A DNA stretch of 64,000 nt from a virus (IMGVR_UViG_2706794662_000007); one strand, 5' to 3'; shown: positions 49,864 through 59,712, counted from the first letter of the stretch. A program made the numbers and translations. The notes: generated by a model not told the origin, from the letters alone.

Positions 49864-51095
49864 CCAAATATTTTTTGAACAACTTCACGAGCCGCTTGTG
49901 CAGAAGCTGAAGGGAGTTTGTTAATGAAAGAACGCTCAATACCTGTCACAAAATCGCCTCGCATCATTCCAATCTTGGCCGACAACAAAAGCTCACGAGG
50001 CCCAATCGGTTGGCTGATATTGTGTTCTTCGTATCCATCGCGAACGATACCGGCAAACTTAACCATCTTTTCAGCGTATTCATCCACGATGCCTGCATTT
50101 GTCAACATGTTGATCTCTGCGTCTTTGCTCATGTATTTCACATTCGAAACGATGCCAAAACGCGAAAAGTTCGCGGCGTTCTGGATGTTTGTACCCTGGT
50201 ACAAGCCGGTTTCATCACCAGATCCGTTCGTGTTGCCAGTGCCAATGAAAGCAAACCGTTCATGCGGAGTAATGCGACGCCATTCTGGAGTTGCCTCTTT
50301 GATGACCAACGCTTCACCTTCCAGCACTGGCTGATACACGCCAAGAATTTGTGGAAACGCAAAGTCGTATTCATCCGCGAGGTAAACCCAGCCATGCTTC
50401 ATTGCGAGCGCAAGCAAGCCAGGTTCGAAATACGTAGAGCCATCACGCGCCAGAATTTGCCCCGTAACATGTGCCTCTTCCATTGATGCTGTATGTTGGG
50501 CACGGATCAACGGACGATTGAGCAAAGCACATAGCTGTGTAGGCAATGACGATTTGCCTGTTCCTGCATGACCCCACAAATAGCCAGGTATGCCAAGTTC
50601 AAGCATCATGAAAATATCTTTGATCAGTTCGAAGTCGCCATATACGTAGCCTTTCTTCACTTCGGGAACGAACTCTGGATACGGCGTATTGACGTTGACG
50701 CTAACCATGAGCGGCGTCCCACGTTTTGTTCCGAGTTCTTCCACCGTTACGTTTAGCAGTTCGTGAGCTGCGACCAGATCTGTCTTGTACTCAACTGTGC
50801 CTGTGTAGCCAGGGCTACTGGTCAAGCCAGAAGATTTGGCCATTTCGCTTTTTTGCTCGGCACGTTTAGCTTGAATTGCATCAAGTGCCTTTTTCGATAG
50901 CGTTGGCTCATCTGGAAACTGTGTTGTGTACATTTTCAGTACGGTGTCAGGATCGGCATCTTTTACTGACTCAGGAATGCCCTCGCAATTACCATTGGCT
51001 ACATGGGACTTAAAATAGTGAAATGATTTTCCGCACCACTTGCAAACAAGGTAATCAGAAGGATTTTTTTCATTTTGCAGTGCAGTAGTAGTCAT
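49860..51095 (-). CDS. cobS: CobS-like (MoxR-type) AAA+ ATPase
   Basis: Walker A GHAGTGKS, Walker B-like YLADEYD; N-terminal Zn-ribbon-like CKWCGK. Confidence 0.65.
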   Translation of the reverse strand: MTTTALQNEKNPSDYLVCKWCGKSFHYFKSHVANGNCEGIPESVKDADPDTVLKMYTTQFPDEPTLSKKALDAIQAKRAEQKSEMAKSSGLTSSPGYTGTVEYKTDLVAAHELLNVTVEELGTKRGTPLMVSVNVNTPYPEFVPEVKKGYVYGDFELIKDIFMMLELGIPGYLWGHAGTGKSSLPTQLCALLNRPLIRAQHTASMEEAHVTGQILARDGSTYFEPGLLALAMKHGWVYLADEYDFAFPQILGVYQPVLEGEALVIKEATPEWRRITPHERFAFIGTGNTNGSGDETGLYQGTNIQNAANFSRFGIVSNVKYMSKDAEINMLTNAGIVDEYAEKMVKFAGIVRDGYEEHNISQPIGPRELLLSAKIGMMRGDFVTGIERSFINKLPSASAQAAREVVQKIFG

Positions 51096-51190
51096 GCGTT
51101 TTTCCTTTGTTTTCTAATGAGCTTTCAACTTCTTATATAAATATACCATCAAATATCGTAAGTGATTACTTATCATTAAGGCTATTCTAA

Positions 51191-53299
51191 TCACTTCAAA
51201 ATGATACGAGATAGTTCAGTAACTACAGATGAACCAAGACTATCAACGCTCGTTACCAGGGCATGATTTGAGTAAAATCTCTCCGGTGCGTCAGTCATGA
51301 TGCCAATTGCCATCAAATCAATGTCAGTCTGCGTTTCAATTTGCTTCGCAACCGAACGCAAATGAGCGTCAAAACCTCTCCCAACAGCCCACGGCGCGCC
51401 ATCACTCAGAACAAGCATGATCTTCCTGTCCTCCATGCGACCGGAAAATAACGATGCAAGGCTGGCTATGCTTTCACCATCCACGTTATTAAGAAGTGGG
51501 AATGTGTAGCCTACGCACCCCATACGTGAGCGAACTTCGCGAGAACTTACCTTTTCATTCCAATTTTTGATGATAGGTAGCATTAAAGATTCAAAGCGAG
51601 AGAACTCATACTTGACAGCCTTAAGTTCTCCTGCCGCCATATGACTACCAAATGTAGTGAAGCCGGTGATAATGTTGGGAACATTTATTCGATCAAGGGC
51701 ATCGGCGATGGTATATGAACTTGCAAGAGCCAATTGTATCGTTATACCACTCATTGAACCTGATAAATCAATCACTTGTTGAACACAGGCGTTAACGGCT
51801 TTAGATTCTTCTTTTTTACGAAACACGCGATCATCATTCATTGCTAATCTGTAGATACTAGAACCATGAATGCGCCCCCGACGCTGGCCCGGTATAAACT
51901 GAACTCTGTTTCTGCTTGCTATTGCTCGCTCCAGGTCTTTTGCCAGCGTCGACGAAACACCTGACGAAAGATGCTTTTCAATATATTTGTCGAAGAGCTG
52001 GTTGCCTTCAGGAACGATGCGATAGCGGCTGATTGGATATCCTCCTAAATCAATATCGGAGAATGTTTTAATAAGCCGTTTGATATGGGCTTCTGCCTGA
52101 TCAATCGAGCCGATGAAGTCGTATGAGCGATTGTATGGCCTGTATTCGCTTTTCGAGCTTTCTGTTAACTCGCTTTTAATCGTTTCGGATAGAGCATCTT
52201 CTGTCATGCCTCCGACTTCATCTTCTATGCTATCCAGCTCCTCTAAAGCCTCTTCCAGACTCATTTTTGACGGAGTTGGAATATCTGAAGAGCCGTCTTC
52301 TGTCGTTTTTCTTTTTTCGTGGTCAGCGGTTAATGATTCTGACGCCGCGTTATCAGAAGCATCAGAATCTGATACCTCTTTATCATTTTCTGTATCATCG
52401 AATATTGTTTCTGATGATTCAGAATTATCTGAATCATCACTGTCGTTATTATCATGTTTGTGCTTACTGTGTGATTCTGATTCGATAGATTTGTGATTAT
52501 CTAACGCTGAGGGTGTCTCATGATCTTCGTTGTCTTCATTGTTTTCTCCAGAGGCATCCGTCTGGTCAGCGTCTGAAGGATCGGAAGTTTTTCCCGGAGC
52601 TGACTCCTTACCTTTGCTTTCACTTTCAGTGTCTTTGAGGATCTTAGCTATGGTCGCAGCCACCTTTACACAATCCTCGGTGCAAGACATGTTACGCACG
52701 GCCACATCGATACCATGTTCTTTTAATAATGAAATTGGTTTCTCAATGACAGGCCAGTATTCATCCATGAAATCTACGAACGGTGCTTGGCCATCCCAGG
52801 CTCTTACAACCGGACAGAGAAAGAAGTTTAGAAAAAGCGCGCGCTGATCTTTGCCACAATAAGCAATAGCCTCTGAAGCCTTTGGTTTAAAGACTTTTTC
52901 GATTATAAGGCGCTGAGTTGCCATCAGATTACGTCTCGTTCCGTTAAAGACCTGCCCCATTTTTCGCTCGATGAACACGTCTTCTAATGCATTCCATAGT
53001 GACCGGGAAGGAACGCGTCCTTTTTCTCTCATTTTGTTGGAGACACGAATATCGGTAAACAAAATGTGAGCAACCTCATGATCGAGAAATCCGCGCACAG
53101 CATTCATCAATGCCGGTGTTGCGTTATCCGGAATTGATGGGATGTTTACGAGAATTGGCTCTCCATCATCGTTATAGCGTACATAAGCGTCGTCTCCTCG
53201 TTCTGCAACAGGGATGTTTTTACCTGAAAGGAGAGCGACTACTCGTTTTACACTGTCACGGAAGTCCTGAACCTCTTTGATGGAACGTTTTTTAGACAT
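51191..53299 (-). CDS. cobT: CobT-like von Willebrand factor A domain protein
   Basis: 702 aa; MIDAS motif DLSGSMSG; long acidic D/S/E-rich linker; adjacent to AAA+ partner. Confidence 0.6.
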   Translation of the reverse strand: MSKKRSIKEVQDFRDSVKRVVALLSGKNIPVAERGDDAYVRYNDDGEPILVNIPSIPDNATPALMNAVRGFLDHEVAHILFTDIRVSNKMREKGRVPSRSLWNALEDVFIERKMGQVFNGTRRNLMATQRLIIEKVFKPKASEAIAYCGKDQRALFLNFFLCPVVRAWDGQAPFVDFMDEYWPVIEKPISLLKEHGIDVAVRNMSCTEDCVKVAATIAKILKDTESESKGKESAPGKTSDPSDADQTDASGENNEDNEDHETPSALDNHKSIESESHSKHKHDNNDSDDSDNSESSETIFDDTENDKEVSDSDASDNAASESLTADHEKRKTTEDGSSDIPTPSKMSLEEALEELDSIEDEVGGMTEDALSETIKSELTESSKSEYRPYNRSYDFIGSIDQAEAHIKRLIKTFSDIDLGGYPISRYRIVPEGNQLFDKYIEKHLSSGVSSTLAKDLERAIASRNRVQFIPGQRRGRIHGSSIYRLAMNDDRVFRKKEESKAVNACVQQVIDLSGSMSGITIQLALASSYTIADALDRINVPNIITGFTTFGSHMAAGELKAVKYEFSRFESLMLPIIKNWNEKVSSREVRSRMGCVGYTFPLLNNVDGESIASLASLFSGRMEDRKIMLVLSDGAPWAVGRGFDAHLRSVAKQIETQTDIDLMAIGIMTDAPERFYSNHALVTSVDSLGSSVVTELSRIILK

Positions 53300-53397
53300 G
53301 GCTAATCCTTTGTTATGAAAACAAATTATTTACTAGTGTGTTTAATGTAGCACTGCGCGAACAGGGAACTAAGCCATTCGCGCAGGTAGCAGAGGGG

Positions 53398-53610
53398 TTA
53401 ACAGGTTCTGACGGCTAAAGAGCCAGAGCCGGTATTGATAAGCGTGAAGCGTTTGTTATTAAGTAGGAATATAAAGGCTGTTGCGTCATGCATACCAACC
53501 TGAATCTGCTCATTTGGTAATTCGGTGAGAATGTCAGCTACACATTCATCAGCTAATTTTTCAACGTGTCCGATCTCAAGAGTGATTAGGCTGGAAATAG
53601 TTGTTTTCAT
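53398..53610 (-). CDS. hypothetical small protein
   Basis: 70-aa ORF divergent from XRE regulator across an AT-rich 250-bp region. Confidence 0.35.
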   Translation of the reverse strand: MKTTISSLITLEIGHVEKLADECVADILTELPNEQIQVGMHDATAFIFLLNNKRFTLINTGSGSLAVRTC

Positions 53611-53857
53611 TCAATCAATCCATTCTAACTTAAAATATGGTAGGGAGTACTATTAAATCTTATATCATAATTGAACTTATCTATATCATATCTGAGTTAG
53701 TTTTGTTACATGTTATTAGTCGTTTTTCTCCATTAATGAATGCTGATTGGTTAATATTTGTGCCTGTAGAAAAAATGATTATATCTTTACAACCCTAACC
53801 TTTGATGTAATATCGGTAAGCACTTACCAGAGAGTTTAACGCGCAAAGGTCGCAATA

Positions 53858-54244
53858 ATGTCTGACAAAAACATTGAATTTATAGAAAGTCGCTATGCTG
53901 CTTTTATCGCAGGGCTGATTGAATCCTCACCTATGAGTCAGGCCCAAATAGCCAGACTTATTGGTTATAAAAATGCCAACAACCTTTCTTTAATTAAAAG
54001 TGGTAAAATTCCTTTGCCTATCGATAAGGTTCGTCCGCTGGCGTTGGCGCTGGGTATTGAGCCAAGTCGTCTTATGATGATGGTGCTGGAAGAACGCCAA
54101 CCTGAACTCGCAGCATTTTTATACAAAGAAGGTACCGCTCCTCTTAACGAGGACGAAAAACAGGTTCTTGCTGCATATAACGAGCGATTCGGTAAAGAGA
54201 AAGGCGCATCACAAAAGGTTGTTGAGGCCATAAAGTCTCTATGA
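53858..54244 (+). CDS. XRE-family helix-turn-helix transcriptional regulator
   Basis: MSQAQIARLIGYKNANNLSLIKSGKIPLP resembles HTH_XRE; only clear plus-strand gene in this region. Confidence 0.6.
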   Translation: MSDKNIEFIESRYAAFIAGLIESSPMSQAQIARLIGYKNANNLSLIKSGKIPLPIDKVRPLALALGIEPSRLMMMVLEERQPELAAFLYKEGTAPLNEDEKQVLAAYNERFGKEKGASQKVVEAIKSL

Positions 54245-55342
54245 AAAATTTAGACGAATAAGCTCTGTTGATAGACGATCTCCCTTGAATTTGTGGTCAA
54301 TTTCGTCTAAATCCGGTTGCTCTACGATTGATGCGATGTACGTTGAGAAACTTTCTAAGGCGTCTCGCATCTCGTCCATATAATCGTGCCGGTCGTAGAC
54401 CCGATCTATCCCCTCAAGACTGTGGTTCATTATTTTGCGTGATACCTCCTGGCTTATGCCTAATGCTGGGAAGTAACTACGCGCAGTACGGCGCAAATCT
54501 CGGGGTGTAAATGGCGCAAGCTCCATCAGTTCTGGTCGTTCCAGAATACGACGTAATGCCTGGGCTATTGCCACTTTAGACATAGGAAGGTCTTTCCCGA
54601 TTTTTTTATTCGAAGGCACGAGCCACTGGCTGTCTTTACCGTATTCGAACAACTCTTCAATGCATGTGCGCATTAATGTGCTTAAAGGTAGCGAATGCTC
54701 ACGTGCTGACTTGTTTCTCTTGCCTTGATTCCAAACTCCACGCTTAAGATTGAACTCACTTTTTTTAGCCCTCAGTACTTCGTCAGGTCGTCTTGCTGAT
54801 ACAAGACATAGCCTGGCCGCCCATTTTGTACCAGCGCACACATTGAAGTAGTCCCATATATTCCAGAACACCCATACCTCTGCGTCGGTCAGCTTCCGCT
54901 CGCGAGGTGTGGGCTTTGCGCCACCGGCAACTTTGTTTAGTGACATATCGTTTAACGGTGACACGTCTATCATCCCCTGGAAGGCGCACCAGCTAAGGAA
55001 CTGCTTCATCAGAGAGAAAACGCGGCGGCCCATAACAATTTTGCCATCCAATATTAGAGGGTTGACCAGTTGGTTAACCATGAACCTATTAATGTCACTT
55101 ACTTTTACATCAGCAATGTGCGGCAAAACATGTATCAAAATACAATGAACAGCGATCTCTGGCCGACGTCTGGTTATCAGCAGAGATAAGCGAGTGAATA
55201 ACATGAATGCGTCCGAGAATATCATGTTATTGTTGATCTGTGAGATCATAATGGCCTGCATTTGAGATGCTCTTTCGAGATACTCAATTGCCTCTTTTGA
55301 GGTGTTTTCTGCTGCGCGTGCTCTGTCAAAGCTATTTTTCAT
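54239..55342 (-). CDS. tyrosine recombinase (integrase or dimer-resolution recombinase)
   Basis: C-terminal RDLRRTARSY...MNHS...RVYDRHDY consistent with R-H-R-Y catalytic arrangement; box-I-like SARRPDEV. Confidence 0.6.
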   Translation of the reverse strand: MKNSFDRARAAENTSKEAIEYLERASQMQAIMISQINNNMIFSDAFMLFTRLSLLITRRRPEIAVHCILIHVLPHIADVKVSDINRFMVNQLVNPLILDGKIVMGRRVFSLMKQFLSWCAFQGMIDVSPLNDMSLNKVAGGAKPTPRERKLTDAEVWVFWNIWDYFNVCAGTKWAARLCLVSARRPDEVLRAKKSEFNLKRGVWNQGKRNKSAREHSLPLSTLMRTCIEELFEYGKDSQWLVPSNKKIGKDLPMSKVAIAQALRRILERPELMELAPFTPRDLRRTARSYFPALGISQEVSRKIMNHSLEGIDRVYDRHDYMDEMRDALESFSTYIASIVEQPDLDEIDHKFKGDRLSTELIRLNFS

Positions 55343-55549
55343 TTATTGGCATTCACCTAGTTACGCTGATCACCTGTATAAGTAACCAGTATATTAGGCA
55401 TTGATTCTTTTGGAATCAAGCTAAAATCTTTCATGCGGAAAATGATTCCATACCTAAAGAGTATGGAATCATTTTTTTCTGTAGAGCTAGTTTTAAATAT
55501 TTGATTCGATATGAAGCCAGGCAATTTCATGCCTGGCTGTTACTTTGTG

Positions 55550-57463
55550 TTAGGTTGGGTTGTTGATGCTAATGGTAAGTGTTTCGATAGCAAGATCATG
55601 AGTTTGGTTGTTTGTTATATCTGTTAAAACAAAAGCCTCATCACCAAGAGCAATATTGTCTTTAACCAGCTTGAATTTACTCCCCGCCTTGCCATCGAGA
55701 ACGGGAATTACAGTTCCTGTGCCTTTCTCATATTGCAACTCAAGAGTGTGCCAATTGTTGTCGTAGTCACCATATGAGTCTATCTGAACATTTCGATTAT
55801 TGCCTGTCCTGTGCATCATAATGTTCAACTTGCCTCCAATTGTTTGAAGGAAGAAGTTAGCCAGAAACAGGCTCCCAGTACCGTCGAATGATATATCGTC
55901 AGCAACAGGTTTACTGGTTTTGTAATATATACCAAAGCCAAACTTAGCTTTTTTTGGATCAGGGTTTCCAGATAATTTAAACTTACAAAGTAATTTACCT
56001 CCATTCTCAAGAAGAGCCTGTGCTATGTCAGTAGCTTTACTGATCGTCCAAGTTTCGTTGGAAACCGCTTTAGTTAAAGCAATTGCTTTTCCGTTTTCAA
56101 CTGACTGAATATTTGCACCAGTTACAGTCCATCCTTGTTCAGTAGCGACATCACCACCAGCTCCAGTTAAGGAAATAACCGTTCGCGGGGTTGGAGTTGT
56201 GACAATGTTGTCATTTTTAGGTTGAGTAGGTTGTTCTTGTTTAATAATCTCACCTGTAACGCCATTCACAAAAGCAGATGATTTCGCTGAATGTGCAAGC
56301 AGCGCAGTTGCGAGACGATCAGATATTATTCCGCGTCGCTGCCATGAACCAAAATGACTCTCTCTACTCTCGGAAGTCCATGTTTTATTATCCTTGCGAT
56401 GACCGGAACCATAATAGCCAATAGATGTGATGTCTGGATCATCTGTAGGGCTATTGGTTAATACGTTATTATCATTCTCATCTTTCATGAATGGAACGAA
56501 ATAAATTGCTTGTGAGGTTTTTCCCTTATAACCACCATAAACAATTTCGTACTGTTTTGGATATTTGTTTTTCCACCAGTGGGTCGTATCGCCACAAATC
56601 CAGGGTACATTTGCAGCACTTCCGAAAACACATTGTGCGTCGTATTGAGATAGCTCTTTTCTGAAACCTTCGACCATCTTGAGGAACAGTTCGTTATGCT
56701 GCGAGTACTTGCCAGTTGCCAAATCAGCTTCGCCTTGCATCCAGACAACACCAAGAAATACATTCTTTTTGTTTTTACTTAAGGCCGCTTTTGTTCTGGC
56801 TACAATATCCTTATACAAAGGAGTATTTAATCCCCATTTTAAAGATGATTCGATTGCACCTGACTCTTCATAATATTGGCCTTCAGAGCCTGTAACAGTG
56901 AAACCAGAACCACCTCTTCCGCAAGGAACGAGCAAAATACCTGCGTTTGCTGGAATGAATGGTAATAGTTTTTTGCCAATGTGTAGTCCCTGACCAACAC
57001 ATCCATATTCAGAGTCGTTTGCTTTTGGATGCTTGAATTTAGTCATGTCTTGTACATCATGAAGACAGTGATCAGCGGGAATTATTTCATTGTACTTACA
57101 GGCAAAACCACCTGGTTTAATATTGCTGCGTCGAGCTAACTGTTTTACGCGAGGATGTGGCCGATCAAAAGTTTTTGGCATAGGCAGTCCTTCGCCGTAT
57201 GACATTGAGTTGGATTGACCTGCGATAGTAACTACATAATAATAGTCAGGCTCTTCATCTTCATTTGATACCGGTGTGGGCAATTGTGATAAATCACCAG
57301 ATCGCACAATTGCTTGATTGTACGCATTTGGTCCGCCCTTACTTGGTTCAACAATGTTTGGTGACTCGAAAGGTTGCCAACCCTCTGCGATTTTCTCCGC
57401 AAGTTTTTCTCTAAGCTCTTTGCTTGATGATGCTGACAAAATATCATAGTCAATGAATGACAT
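55550..57463 (-). CDS. NanS-p-like sialate O-acetylesterase (DUF1737 N-terminus, SGNH esterase, C-terminal beta-rich domain)
   Basis: YYYVVTIAGQSNSMSYGEG (GQSN block); N-terminus MSFIDYDILSASSSKELREKL resembles prophage NanS-p family as recalled. Confidence 0.6.
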   Translation of the reverse strand: MSFIDYDILSASSSKELREKLAEKIAEGWQPFESPNIVEPSKGGPNAYNQAIVRSGDLSQLPTPVSNEDEEPDYYYVVTIAGQSNSMSYGEGLPMPKTFDRPHPRVKQLARRSNIKPGGFACKYNEIIPADHCLHDVQDMTKFKHPKANDSEYGCVGQGLHIGKKLLPFIPANAGILLVPCGRGGSGFTVTGSEGQYYEESGAIESSLKWGLNTPLYKDIVARTKAALSKNKKNVFLGVVWMQGEADLATGKYSQHNELFLKMVEGFRKELSQYDAQCVFGSAANVPWICGDTTHWWKNKYPKQYEIVYGGYKGKTSQAIYFVPFMKDENDNNVLTNSPTDDPDITSIGYYGSGHRKDNKTWTSESRESHFGSWQRRGIISDRLATALLAHSAKSSAFVNGVTGEIIKQEQPTQPKNDNIVTTPTPRTVISLTGAGGDVATEQGWTVTGANIQSVENGKAIALTKAVSNETWTISKATDIAQALLENGGKLLCKFKLSGNPDPKKAKFGFGIYYKTSKPVADDISFDGTGSLFLANFFLQTIGGKLNIMMHRTGNNRNVQIDSYGDYDNNWHTLELQYEKGTGTVIPVLDGKAGSKFKLVKDNIALGDEAFVLTDITNNQTHDLAIETLTISINNPT

Positions 57464-57607
57464 AATCGTTACTCCTTTAACGATAAACTTTAGCTAAAAT
57501 CGTATCGATTTTAGCAGTTAAAAAACGACAATAAAATATAAGAGTAATGTATGAAAGAACAATAAAAATTGCGTAAATGGATATGTGTAAAATATGTGGA
57601 ATTTCAC

Positions 57608-57687
57608 ACACAGCGTTGAGCGGTCTGGTTTATGTTAGCGGAGTCTTAATCGAGTTGATTAAAAGGCCAAACCGCTCAACGCTGTGT
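57608..57687. repeat. 17-bp perfect inverted repeat (ACACAGCGTTGAGCGGT) with 46-bp spacer, abutting tRNA-Ser
   Basis: arms 57608-57624 and 57671-57687. Confidence 0.8.
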
Positions 57688-57688
57688 C

Positions 57689-57775
57689 TGGCGGAGAGTA
57701 ATGGAATCGAACCATCATCGCTTGCGCAATGGGACGGTTTTCAAGACCGCTTGAGCACCATGCTCCCTACTCTCC
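57689..57775 (-). tRNA. tRNA-Ser (anticodon UGA), type II with long variable arm
   Basis: 7-bp acceptor stem GGAGAGT/ACTCTCC, anticodon loop CTTGAAA, T-loop TTCGATT, encoded CCA; short D-loop. Confidence 0.65.
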
Positions 57776-57939
57776 AGTCGTTGTGGTTACCGGTACTGAT
57801 CTCCGGCTTAGCGACCCCGGCTACTGACTGCATTGCAGTGTGTGAACTCGCCTCGTGTGTCGCTGGGGCATTTCTTTCCGCGCATCAGTCTGCGCATCAA
57901 CCACAACGGAAAGAGCATTCACGTCTCGCGTGCCACCAC

Positions 57940-58035
57940 GAATGGCAACTCAGAGAGTCGAACTCTGAAAATGTTCTTACCTGTTGTGCGCTCCGTTTCG
58001 TGGAGCTAACGGCGGGTGAACAGGCCGCACCAGGT
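57940..58035 (-). pseudogene. tRNA-like remnant (T-arm intact, no pairing acceptor stem)
   Basis: perfect T-arm CAGAG-TTCGACT-CTCTG but no complementary acceptor stem found. Confidence 0.3.
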
Positions 58036-58265
58036 TGGACATATTTCAGCGTTATGCTGTTGCAAGAGAGCCAAATTGTGATGGTCGGCGCTGATCTCCG
58101 ACACAGGGTTGTAGCAAGCCCCGCAAAGCGCGCACTACTGTAGTTGCGGCACATCAGCCTGTGCATTCACCACAATGTTGAGAACACTGGTTGTCACGCG
58201 GCAACGCAACATTTATTCATAGATTGGGATATGACCCCGTTACGCCAATGTTCTCAATATTATGT

Positions 58266-58341
58266 TGGTGCCGATTAACGGGATCGAACCGATGACCATT
58301 CGCTTACAAAGCGACTGCTCTACCAACTGAGCTAAATCGGC
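58266..58341 (-). tRNA. tRNA-Thr (anticodon UGU)
   Basis: acceptor GCCGATT/AATCGGC, D-arm TAGCTCAGTTGGTAGAGCA, anticodon loop TTTGTAA, T-loop TTCGATC, encoded CCA. Confidence 0.8.
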
Positions 58342-58345
58342 AATT

Positions 58346-58432
58346 TGGTGGGGAGTGATAGAGTCGAACCACCCGAGTCGCAATGACAGTAGATTTACAG
58401 TCTACCCCGCTACCTCTACGGACTAACTCCCC
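58346..58432 (-). tRNA. tRNA-Tyr (anticodon GUA), type II
   Basis: acceptor GGGGAGT/ACTCCCC, anticodon arm GTAGA-CTGTAAA-TCTAC, long variable arm, encoded CCA. Confidence 0.8.
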
Positions 58433-58437
58433 TAAAT

Positions 58438-58512
58438 TGGCGATGGTGGGTGGATTCGAACCACCGACCAATTGGTTAACAGCCAACTGCTCTACCGCTG
58501 AGCTACACCATC
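58438..58512 (-). tRNA. tRNA-Asn (anticodon GUU)
   Basis: perfect 7-bp acceptor GATGGTG/CACCATC, anticodon loop CTGTTAA, T-arm GGTGG-TTCGAAT-CCACC, encoded CCA; differs from E. coli tRNA-Asn as recalled. Confidence 0.85.
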
Positions 58513-58760
58513 AATTCGGCACTGCCAGTATTTATTACTCAACAGTGCCAATCGCGGCGGTGTTAGTTTCTGCCAGGAAACGCACCGCTACTTGCACTTT
58601 TCGTTAGTGTCAGACGCTTTCGACTTCTCTCAATAGAAGGCAAAATCTTTAAGTAGATGATGTTTCTGAGGACAGCACCTACTTTGTAATTTATACAATG
58701 TGATGTATGGAATCATTTGTTGTGGAAAAGTGGTTAAACCTACACAACAATCCTGTCTTC

Positions 58761-58880
58761 ACAACGTTGAGGCCACTACTCCGATTGAATGTTTGCCCAA
58801 CATGTTACATATCAACGCTCGCCGGTATCTCTGTGAATAGAACCTTAGAATTGATAAAAATGTAATGGCCTCAACGTTGT
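58761..58880. repeat. 15-bp perfect inverted repeat (ACAACGTTGAGGCCA) with ~90-bp spacer, related to the repeat at 57608
   Basis: arms 58761-58775 and 58866-58880; shares core CACARCGTTGAG with 57608-57687. Confidence 0.8.
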
Positions 58881-58958
58881 GTGCTGGCTAACCATACCAG
58901 CCGGGCTACGTCGCCGCTTTTTAACCCAGTATAAACGACATAATTGAACAAAATGACG

Positions 58959-59066
58959 TAACAGAATGGGCGGTCAGTGGCTAAGAATCCGGGAGTCATA
59001 TGGAGTTGAAAATATACCGACCGCCCATTCTGTTACTTCATCGGAGGGAACATGAGTGTTCCCTCC
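58959..59066. repeat. two further perfect inverted repeats (17-bp arms with 43-bp spacer; 10-bp arms with 4-nt loop)
   Basis: arms 58959-58975/59019-59035 and 59043-59052/59057-59066. Confidence 0.8.
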
Positions 59067-59271
59067 TGCGTTCTGCAATCACACTCGCTCAGTGTGTCCC
59101 ATTTCGGTAACGAGGCTGGAAACTGACCTCGCTGGTGTTTGGCTTATTAGGCTACTGCCAGATAGACTTCTTCGTTTGCACTTGTATTTAAGTTCAAACA
59201 GTCGCATCTCAACGAAAACAAAGTCATCTTATACACAAAGGATAAGTAAGTAAATACTTATCGATATGTTT

Positions 59272-59562
59272 TTATTCGGTTGTGACTTTTTTGATCAAGG
59301 CCACTCTACGACTAGGTGTTCTTGTGATGGTGGCAGTGAATCGTTTCGCTTGGATAGTAATGGTTTCGTTCTCCTTAAGTTGCCCGTAGCGAGTTTCCAC
59401 CAGGGTGCCAAGACGCCACAGACCATCATCGATACGTTTATGACTAGCAAATTTAATCAGCAACAGTTTTACGACTAACTGACCTACGTAAAAGGCGAAT
59501 GCGACTCCGACCGCTAAGAAATAGGTGGCCAACCACCAGTCCCAAGAAGTTAAATTGCTCAT
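59272..59562 (-). CDS. hypothetical membrane protein
   Basis: 96 aa with N-terminal hydrophobic segment. Confidence 0.4.
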   Translation of the reverse strand: MSNLTSWDWWLATYFLAVGVAFAFYVGQLVVKLLLIKFASHKRIDDGLWRLGTLVETRYGQLKENETITIQAKRFTATITRTPSRRVALIKKVTTE

Positions 59563-59712
59563 TTTCTAACCTTTGTTTCATGAACTACCCGATACACACG
59601 CTTTCCGATGCACAGTGTTTTGGTTTTAAGTTCCTGCTTAATTAAATCACGACAGATGCCGAAGCCGATAAGGAAGCCACCAATAAAAGCTAATGAGATG
59701 TATGGAATCATT
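59560..59712 (-). CDS. small membrane protein (50 aa), translationally coupled
   Basis: below ORF-track cutoff; ATGA overlap with downstream gene. Confidence 0.3.

Noticed and set aside
6193-53299. Classification as a T4-like or T5-like strictly lytic phage
   Set aside because: Pol III-type polymerase, P1-type RepA/iteron origin, tyrosine recombinase and lambdoid accessory genes do not fit T4/T5 organisation as recalled; phage-plasmid interpretation fits better.
53398-54244. Divergent small ORF and XRE regulator as a toxin-antitoxin pair
   Set aside because: Genes are divergent rather than co-directional and the 70-aa protein shows no RelE/ParE-like motifs; more consistent with a regulatory switch region.
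57577-58143. 188-aa plus-strand ORF across the tRNA region
   Set aside because: Overlaps a well-folded tRNA-Ser and inverted repeats on the opposite strand and has no ribosome-binding site; tRNA and repeat interpretation preferred.
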